Source: Candidatus Woesearchaeota archaeon (GTDB lineage Archaea; Nanobdellota; Nanobdellia; Woesearchaeales; GW2011-AR9). From it: a stretch of 47,877 bases of DNA. A model generated the notes under the pieces. It was not told the origin of the DNA. It did not search any database and saw only the letters and a program-made list of their open reading frames with translations. Where the stretch lies: the NCBI GenBank assembly GCA_018303045.1, contig JAGVYX010000035.1, forward strand, positions 1 through 47,877, given 5' to 3'. Made by a program: the position numbers and the translations under genes. Of the stretch, positions 1-6,223 are shown one piece after another; position 1 is the stretch's first letter, and each line of letters opens with the position of its first letter.

Positions 1-1
1 A

Positions 2-103
2 GTAGTGTACGAAAAAGTTGTAACAAAATTTGGAACATCTGGAAAATTAGATACTCCAAAGAAGTATATTGGAAAAAGAGCCTATGTGATTATTGTGCAC
101 TGA
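2..103 (+). CDS. C-terminal fragment of a small DUF2080-like (AbrB/SpoVT-like) transposon-associated protein; 5' end cut by the window edge
   Basis: Frame 2 reads VVYEKVVTKFGTSGKLDTPKKYIGKRAYVIIVH, then TGA at 101-103. From memory this resembles the ~50-aa archaeal DUF2080 proteins found beside IS transposases. It abuts the transposase relic at 104. It is not in the ORF track because no start lies in the window. Confidence 0.3.
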   Translation, partial: VVYEKVVTKFGTSGKLDTPKKYIGKRAYVIIVH

Positions 104-745
104 CTATTTATGCAACACAGCACTGATAATTAGAGTATATTTTAGTTCAAGAGAATTTCTATACGTTCTAAAGAACCGCCCTACTTTGCCATTCGCCTGT
201 GGTCTGTTGATTCGAGCAAGACAATGCTTAATGCCTAACGAATGGAGTGCTTGACAAAACAAAGTATTTTCTTGTTCTGTATTTGGATGATTCGCATAAT
301 ATTGTGAGCCATGATCGGTCATGACTGCTTTTGACTTGCCGTACTCGGCAATGCCGCTACGAAGTAGGGCAATGCTATTCTCTTGCAGAAGCGCTCTGAA
401 ATATCCCCAAGCTAATGATTAAGCGTGTTCTATCGTCAATAAAAACACTTAATTGCTTTCCCATAAAATGATCAAACGGCCCATCAGTGTGCCACAAATC
501 ATTTGAGTACGGAAGCTCATAGCGCACCCATTTTCTTGGCTTCTGCTTTTTTGGATTAGCAACATGCCATTTCTAATCAGCACTTTTTCTATTTGCCTAT
601 GACTAATCGCAAATCCTTTTTGTTTAAGGATTTGCTCAATTCTGCCAGGTCCGTAACCAAAGCATTTTCTTAAGCCCAGAATGATGATAACTGCATTCTG
701 ATTAAGTATTGTTTCAGAACGACCGGCTTTATGGTCATTTAAACA
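104..745 (-). pseudogene. Decayed rve (DDE integrase-core) transposase, IS481/IS3-like; frameshifted and 5'-truncated
   Basis: ORF 104-322 reads TDHGSQYY...GIKHCLARINRPQANGKVGRFFRTY, the C-terminal rve signature. Upstream on the same strand, other frames read WHVANPKKQKPRKWVRYELPYSNDLWHTDGPFDHFMGKQLSVFIDDRTRLI (ending in a stop) and GRSETILNQNAVIIILGLRKCFGYGPGRIEQILKQKGFAISHRQIEKVLIRNGML (the HTH part). There are at least two frame breaks and no start codon. Confidence 0.7.
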
Positions 746-911
746 ACATCAAAAGAGGACACTTCGCTCTTTTTCGAAACCTTTATATACTACCTGCCAA
801 TAACAACTAATAGTATTAAGTTGGCCGAAGCAGAGGGTATAAACTACTATTTCTGTTTCAATAATTTAGTATTTTAAAAATTAGAACTATTAAATAGTTT
901 GGAGAATTAAA

Positions 912-2198
912 ATGTTTGAACAATTAAATGTAAGCGTTGCTGTGATAGCTGCTTTAAAAGAGCAGGGGATTACTGAACCAATGAGTATACAGGAAAAAAC
1001 TATTCCTTCGATTTATCAGGGAAAAGACGTAGTAGGCATTTCCAGAACCGGGTCCGGTAAAACTCTGGCTTTTGCTGTCCCTTTGCTTGATAAAGCAGTA
1101 AAAGGGCAAGGCGTGCAGTCGCTGATTTTAGCGCCTACCAGGGAATTAGCTAACCAGATTTCCAACGAAATGCGCAAATGGAGCAAGAATTTAAAGTTAA
1201 GCATCGCTACGGTATTTGGCGGTGTTGGTTTTGAGCCGCAGGTTGATGCTATCGAAGAAGCAGAAATTGTGGTGGGCACGCCTGGTCGGATTTTAGATCA
1301 TCTAGGCCGAAACAGCCTTAAATTATCTAGATTAAAAAGCCTGGTTTTAGATGAGGCAGACAAAATGGTGGAAATGGGATTCATTGAAGATATTGAAAGA
1401 ATCCTCCGCCAGTCTAATCCTGAAAAGCAGATTATTCTCTTTGGGGCAACCATTTCCAATGAGATAGATTACCTTAAAGATAAATACATGGACGATGTAG
1501 TAACCATGGAAGATGAATTGCAGGTTAAAAAAGACTTGTTAAAACAATATTATTACAATTGCCAGCTGCATGAAAAGTTTTCTCTGTTAGTTCATTTACT
1601 AAAAAAAGAGAAAACTGGCCGGGTAATTATCTTTTGCTCTAAGATTTCCACGGTAGATTTGCTGCATCGAAATCTAAAAAACCAGGGAATTAAGTGTGAA
1701 ACTATCCATGGCCGAATGAGCCAGAACAAACGGCTACTGGCCATTGACAGATTTAACAAGGATAAGAATGAAATCTTAATTGCTTCCGCTGTTGCCTCTC
1801 GAGGCTTGGATATTCAGGATGTTACTCATGTGTTTAACTATGATTTAGCTAAAGATCCGCAGGAGTACATTCACAGAATTGGCCGAACCGCTCGTGCTGG
1901 AGAGTCAGGAAAAGCGATCACTTTGTTAGCCCGGCCGGACTTTGAGGCTTTTGAAGCTATCCTAAAGCGATATCCGGTCGAAGTGGAAGAAATACCCCCC
2001 GAACCATTTGCCAAGTTAAGATTTGAAGTGCAGAGAAATAACAGCTTTAGAACGGATCATCAGAGATCGTTCAGAAGTTCTGGAATGAATCGGAGTTACA
2101 GCCATTCCCGCAGGCCTTTTTCCAACAGAAATTCTGAAGGGACTGCAGCTTATGGAAGTAATTTCTCTAGAAAAGAAGGATTTGGCTATAGAAATTAA
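912..2198 (+). CDS. DEAD-box ATP-dependent RNA helicase
   Basis: Motifs seen: Q-motif region GITEPMSIQEKTIP, motif I SRTGSGKT, Ia PTRELA, II VLDEAD, III GAT, V ARGLDI, VI HRIGRTARAG. The C-terminal tail is R/S/N-rich. Confidence 0.9.
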   Translation: MFEQLNVSVAVIAALKEQGITEPMSIQEKTIPSIYQGKDVVGISRTGSGKTLAFAVPLLDKAVKGQGVQSLILAPTRELANQISNEMRKWSKNLKLSIATVFGGVGFEPQVDAIEEAEIVVGTPGRILDHLGRNSLKLSRLKSLVLDEADKMVEMGFIEDIERILRQSNPEKQIILFGATISNEIDYLKDKYMDDVVTMEDELQVKKDLLKQYYYNCQLHEKFSLLVHLLKKEKTGRVIIFCSKISTVDLLHRNLKNQGIKCETIHGRMSQNKRLLAIDRFNKDKNEILIASAVASRGLDIQDVTHVFNYDLAKDPQEYIHRIGRTARAGESGKAITLLARPDFEAFEAILKRYPVEVEEIPPEPFAKLRFEVQRNNSFRTDHQRSFRSSGMNRSYSHSRRPFSNRNSEGTAAYGSNFSRKEGFGYRN

Positions 2199-2232
2199 AG
2201 AAAATTGATTTAAAGAGAGAAAAATAAATACA

Positions 2233-2580
2233 ATGTATGGTCTATTAAAGAAATTTGGAACCTGGGGAGAACTTCATGAAGAATCAGAACTTCTGGCCCT
2301 GGAAGCTGAAAGGCTGAGAGGAATAGATTCTAATCAGTCCATAGTTTTGTATGCTCAAGCTGCAGTGAAGGAAGAGGAAGTTTTAGATCATATCCCCAGA
2401 GAAGGAAGTACACAACAATTCTATGAAGCTGTTGTAGTCAGCGCTGCCGCATTATATTTTAAAGGGAGAGATTATGCTGGTTCACAGAGAATTATAGATA
2501 ATCATTCCCCAAATCTACGGTTGCCTTATTTTAAGAAAGGATTAGAAGAAGTAGTTGAAGCTTTAATGAAGATGAATTAG
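2233..2580 (+). CDS. Hypothetical protein (115 aa)
   Basis: Clean ORF that follows the helicase on the same strand. No motif recognised. Confidence 0.45.
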   Translation: MYGLLKKFGTWGELHEESELLALEAERLRGIDSNQSIVLYAQAAVKEEEVLDHIPREGSTQQFYEAVVVSAAALYFKGRDYAGSQRIIDNHSPNLRLPYFKKGLEEVVEALMKMN

Positions 2581-2582
2581 TT

Positions 2583-2661
2583 TAGAGAACTTTGAATAAT
2601 TAGAGAACTTGGAATAATTAGTTTTTTTATCCAAAAAATCAGCAAAATCCCTGCTTTTTAA
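2583..2661. repeat. Hairpin-type intergenic element: 11-bp perfect inverted repeat tagagaacttt / aaagttctcta with a 57-nt spacer
   Basis: 2583-2593 is the exact reverse complement of 2651-2661. A third direct copy, agagaacttgg, sits at 2602. The T7 run at 2622-2628 lies inside the spacer. The element shares the agagaactttg word with the dispersed motif family at 15016, 22896 and 47433. Confidence 0.7.
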
Positions 2662-2692
2662 AGTTCTCTATCGAAAAAATTAAATCAAAACC

Positions 2693-2700
2693 TTTAAATA
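2693..2700 (+). promoter_or_regulatory. TATA-like box (tttaaata) upstream of the ferredoxin operon
   Basis: AT box 31 nt upstream of the first ATG (2731). It has the same architecture as the other putative archaeal promoters in this window. Confidence 0.35.
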
Positions 2701-2784
2701 AAACTCCCTTTTTTATCATTAAGAATTCTTATGGCTGTCATTAAAACTCCCTTTTTTATCATTAAGAATTCTTATGGCTGTCAT
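2699..2784 (+). repeat. Perfect 43-bp tandem duplication covering the ferredoxin start codon
   Basis: The unit taaaactcccttttttatcattaagaattcttatggctgtcat occurs at 2699-2741 and again at 2742-2784 with no mismatch. Confidence 0.95.
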
Positions 2785-3037
2785 TCAATTAGCTGATCAA
2801 AAAATAGAACTTAAGGATGGAGACAGAATCAGAGATGCCTGTGAACAGTTAGGCGCGCCGTTCGGCTGCCGTTCCGGGTTTTGCGGCGCTTGCAAAATTG
2901 AGATTATTGAAGGCGGTGAAAATTTGAATATATTAAATCAAGAAGAGCTGAATATGGGCGATCGTGATAGAACGCATCGCCTGGCTTGTCAAGCTGTGAT
3001 CAAACAGGGATTTGTTAAAATTAAAGAGGGGTTTTAA
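2774..3037 (+). CDS. Plant-type [2Fe-2S] ferredoxin-like protein
   Basis: Cys pattern C-x4-C-x2-C (CRSGFCGAC) plus a distal LACQA cysteine. At 87 aa it is the first gene of an operon whose downstream genes have strong SD sites. Confidence 0.7.
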   Translation: MAVIQLADQKIELKDGDRIRDACEQLGAPFGCRSGFCGACKIEIIEGGENLNILNQEELNMGDRDRTHRLACQAVIKQGFVKIKEGF

Positions 3038-3049
3038 AGGAGGGATAAA

Positions 3050-3622
3050 ATGGAAAATAAATTAGCTATCAATGAACCAGCGCCGCCTTTTGAGGCGCAG
3101 GCTTACTGCAATAGCCAGGTAAAAAAGGTTAAATTATCCGATTACCAGGGAAAGTGGGTGGTCCTTTTCTTTTATCCCGCTGATTTTACCTTTATCTGTC
3201 CTACCGAACTGGGAGAAATGGCTGATAAATATGAAGAGTTAAAACAGTTGAACACAGAAATTTTATCGGTAAGCGCCGATACTGTATTTGTCCATAAAGC
3301 CTGGCATGACACATCCCTAACGATAAAGAAAATTAAGTTTCCCATGGTGGCTGATCCAGCTGGACAAATTTGCCAGGCCTATGGCACCATGATTCCAGGG
3401 GAAGGAATCAGCTTGCGGGGGACATTCATTATTGATCCCGATGGAATCTTAAAAGCTTTTGAACTGCATGACAATTCTATTGGCCGAAGCGCTAAAGAAC
3501 TGATTAGAAAAATCAAAGCCGCGCAATTTGTCCGGGAACATGGCGGAGAAGTCTGTCCAGCCAGCTGGGAGCCTGGTCAGAAAACCTTAAAACCAGGATT
3601 GGATTTAGTAGGAAAAATTTAG
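3050..3622 (+). CDS. 2-Cys peroxiredoxin (AhpC/Prx1 family)
   Basis: FFYPADFTFICPTEL carries the peroxidatic Cys and EVCPASW the resolving Cys. A GGAGGG SD lies 6 nt upstream of the ATG. Confidence 0.9.
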   Translation: MENKLAINEPAPPFEAQAYCNSQVKKVKLSDYQGKWVVLFFYPADFTFICPTELGEMADKYEELKQLNTEILSVSADTVFVHKAWHDTSLTIKKIKFPMVADPAGQICQAYGTMIPGEGISLRGTFIIDPDGILKAFELHDNSIGRSAKELIRKIKAAQFVREHGGEVCPASWEPGQKTLKPGLDLVGKI

Positions 3623-3634
3623 GAGGCAACAAAA

Positions 3635-4006
3635 ATGAGTATTGAAGGGTCTTTTGATAAAATTAGAAATAAAATTAGAGAGAATAATAGAAATAATAAT
3701 AAAGATAATTACTTTCCTTTGGAAAAAATATTATCTGTTGATAAAGATTCGTACTTAAGGTCTGTTGAAAAAACTGACCGGGATTATAAATTTCAGGGAA
3801 TAACTGTTGAAGGCGAAGCAGCTTATCTGCTTACGGAAACTTTTAGGGCAGAAGTGCCTAAAAATACAGAAGCAGTAGTAAATGTCTTGCGTTTTTTATA
3901 TCGAGATGAAGGGCGCCAGCTGGGAAATATGTATGGCACTGCCTTAATACCTAAAATCGCGGCCAGAGGCCATAAACAGTCTAAACTAAACGGTGAAGAC
4001 GCATGA
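3635..4006 (+). CDS. Hypothetical protein (123 aa) embedded in the oxidative-stress operon
   Basis: A TAGGAGG SD lies upstream. The stop overlaps the SOD start (ATGA at 4003-4006). No motif recognised. Confidence 0.5.
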   Translation: MSIEGSFDKIRNKIRENNRNNNKDNYFPLEKILSVDKDSYLRSVEKTDRDYKFQGITVEGEAAYLLTETFRAEVPKNTEAVVNVLRFLYRDEGRQLGNMYGTALIPKIAARGHKQSKLNGEDA

Positions 4007-4578
4007 CTTATCAAGAACAAAATTTTAAACAGTTATTAGGTGTAAAAGGTTTCAGCGACAAACTGCTGGAAACCCATTTTAAATTATATGCAGGATATGT
4101 TGCTAATACCAACAAACTACTGGATTTAATGAAATCCTTAACCCCCGGAACGCCGGAATGGTCGGAAATTAAACGAAGATTCGGCTGGGAGTTTAACGGC
4201 ATGAGGCTGCATGAACTCTATTTTGGCAATATGTCTAAAGCTAAAACAAAACTGTCTGAACATAGCCCCTTATCTAAGTTAATGGCGCAATCATTTGGCT
4301 CCAACCAGGCCGGTGAAGATGATTTTGTTAATACAGGAAAGATGCGCGGCATTGGCTGGGTAATTATGGCTTATGATTCGGCAGCTAAGAGATTGTTTAA
4401 CACTTGGGTTGATGAACATGATGTTGGCCATTTAGCTGGCGCAGCGCCTCTGCTGGTGATGGATGTGTTTGAGCATGCCTACATTACCGATTATAATATT
4501 GACCGGCCTGCTTACATTAAAGCTTTTGTTGAAGCAACTGATTGGGACGTAGTACAGAAGCGGCTGGAAAAAGCCTAG
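4003..4578 (+). CDS. Fe/Mn-family superoxide dismutase (divergent N-terminal half)
   Basis: PLLVMDVFEHAYITDYNIDRPAYIKAF matches the D-x-W-E-H-A-Y-Y..Y.N.R..Y signature. LETHFKLYAGYVANTNK and LHELYF align with the first two His ligand regions. The canonical KHH is absent. Confidence 0.75.
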   Translation: MTYQEQNFKQLLGVKGFSDKLLETHFKLYAGYVANTNKLLDLMKSLTPGTPEWSEIKRRFGWEFNGMRLHELYFGNMSKAKTKLSEHSPLSKLMAQSFGSNQAGEDDFVNTGKMRGIGWVIMAYDSAAKRLFNTWVDEHDVGHLAGAAPLLVMDVFEHAYITDYNIDRPAYIKAFVEATDWDVVQKRLEKA

Positions 4579-4599
4579 CTTTGTTTAGAAAATTTTTCT

Positions 4600-4627
4600 G
4601 ATGAAAAACGAATTATTCAAAATTCTT
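4600..4627. repeat. Copy of the dispersed intergenic motif (gatgaaaaacGAATTATTCAAAATTCT)
   Basis: It shares GAATTATTCAAAATTCT with 15064-15080 and 22920-22936, and TTCAAAATTCT with 40051 and 41521. It lies just 3' of the SOD stop. Confidence 0.6.
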
Positions 4628-4701
4628 TTTAATTTCAGAACAGAAGATTTATTAATTTCCCATAATAGTCAAACCTTGAAATAATTTTCTAGAGGAAAAA
4701 A

Positions 4702-5502
4702 ATGAATCTGGGAGCAAAACTTAAGGAAGGAAAAACCAAAATAATTTACGCCAATCCTGACGATCTGGCTACAGAAATCATGTTTTTTAAAGATTCCATT
4801 ACTGCCGGGGATGGAGCTAAAAAAGATACTATTTCCGGGAAAGGCGCCATTGACTGGCAGACGCACGTTAACATTATGGAATACCTTAAAAGAAGGAGCC
4901 TTCAGAATCTGGCCTTTCATTCCGCGCCGGAAACTGGCTGCTGCTTAATTAAAAAAGTGGACAAGATTTTACCTTTGGAAATTGTCGCCAGGAGAGTGGC
5001 TGCCGGCTCAGTGTTATCTTCAGGCTTTGAAGAAGGCCAAAAGTTCGACCCATTATATCATCAGATTTTCTATAAGGATGATTTTCTGCACGATCCGCTT
5101 CTTGACGATAATTTTTTAAGAGTTATCGAGGAAAAGTACCAATTCCCAATATTTAGCGAAGCCAGAACGTTGTCGGAAAAGATTTTTTTATTGCTGGAGG
5201 AAGCTTTTGCCAGAGAAAATCACCAGTATATTGATCAGAAAATCGAAGTGGGCATAATCTTCAATGGCCAAAGATATGATTCGCAACAAAGCCAAATAGT
5301 TTTAGTGGATGAAATCACTGCCGGCTCGATGCGAGTCTGGCCTTACGCTAAAGCAAATCCAGACTTAAGCCAGCCGAATGTTTTAAGCGAGCTGGATAAA
5401 AGCGGAATGAAAGATAAGCAGCTCTACCGGGAAGGAAAATCACTGGACCAAGTGAAGAAAGGGTTTGAGCAGATTATGGAAATGACGGCAAGATTCGAAT
5501 AG
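4702..5502 (+). CDS. purC: SAICAR synthetase
   Basis: KEGKTKIIY...FFKDSITAGDGAKKDTISGKGA and LPLEIVARRVAAGS match the PurC N-terminal and ATP-grasp signatures. Confidence 0.8.
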   Translation: MNLGAKLKEGKTKIIYANPDDLATEIMFFKDSITAGDGAKKDTISGKGAIDWQTHVNIMEYLKRRSLQNLAFHSAPETGCCLIKKVDKILPLEIVARRVAAGSVLSSGFEEGQKFDPLYHQIFYKDDFLHDPLLDDNFLRVIEEKYQFPIFSEARTLSEKIFLLLEEAFARENHQYIDQKIEVGIIFNGQRYDSQQSQIVLVDEITAGSMRVWPYAKANPDLSQPNVLSELDKSGMKDKQLYREGKSLDQVKKGFEQIMEMTARFE

Positions 5503-5570
5503 CAATTCCTGGTTAGTTTAACTATGCCCTAAAGCTGGGTTTTAAGACCTAACAAAATTCTCAAAAAAGA

Positions 5571-5580
5571 TTTATAAATA
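5571..5580 (+). promoter_or_regulatory. TATA box (tttataaata) preceded by a purine-rich BRE-like aaaaaaga
   Basis: It lies 22-31 nt upstream of the ATG at 5602. A near-identical agaaagatttataaataa occurs at 38863. Confidence 0.45.
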
Positions 5581-5601
5581 ACTTGTCTAAATCTATAGTT
5601 A

Positions 5602-6192
5602 ATGACCGAAGACGGATTAGTAGCCTTAGCCAGAAGATATTGTGAGGAGTATCATCAGGGGCAGACGCGAAGAGGCAATGGTCTGCCGTATTCTACCCAT
5701 CCAGTTGCGGTAGCTGAAATATTAGCTAGACAGGGATATAATGATTTAGCCACGCAGTGTATGGCTCTTCTTCATGATATTATTGAAGATGCGGGGTTAG
5801 TGCCGAAGGAAATTAAGAATCAGTTTGGCTTTGAAATCGCCCACGGAATTTATGTTCTTTCCAGAAATACCATTACTGCGGATAATTTGGAATTCATGAA
5901 TAACGCTATTGGCAGACGCAGCGATCCGGCTTTTGAGCTGACTGAAGAACACTTATACAAACTCAGGATTAGCTGCGCTCCAGACAAAGTTAAGCGGGTT
6001 AAAATCGCCGATATGATCCATAATACCACCGATCTGGGCACTCTCCGGCCAACGGGAATTGCCAGAAAAATTGATGATTCAAAAAGATTTTATATTCCCA
6101 TCGGCAGAGTTGTCGCGCCGCCTCTGGCAGAGGAGTTGGAGGCTAATGTTAATGCTTATGAACAAGCTCAGAAATTGGCAGGTTCTCAGTAA
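5602..6192 (+). CDS. HD-domain phosphohydrolase, RelA/SpoT-type (Mesh1-like) hydrolase fold
   Basis: HPVAVAEILA ... ALLHDIIEDAG is the HD_4 signature. Confidence 0.65.
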   Translation: MTEDGLVALARRYCEEYHQGQTRRGNGLPYSTHPVAVAEILARQGYNDLATQCMALLHDIIEDAGLVPKEIKNQFGFEIAHGIYVLSRNTITADNLEFMNNAIGRRSDPAFELTEEHLYKLRISCAPDKVKRVKIADMIHNTTDLGTLRPTGIARKIDDSKRFYIPIGRVVAPPLAEELEANVNAYEQAQKLAGSQ

Positions 6193-6223
6193 TCCTTAAA
6201 TAGTTTCTATCCCTTTCTATTCT

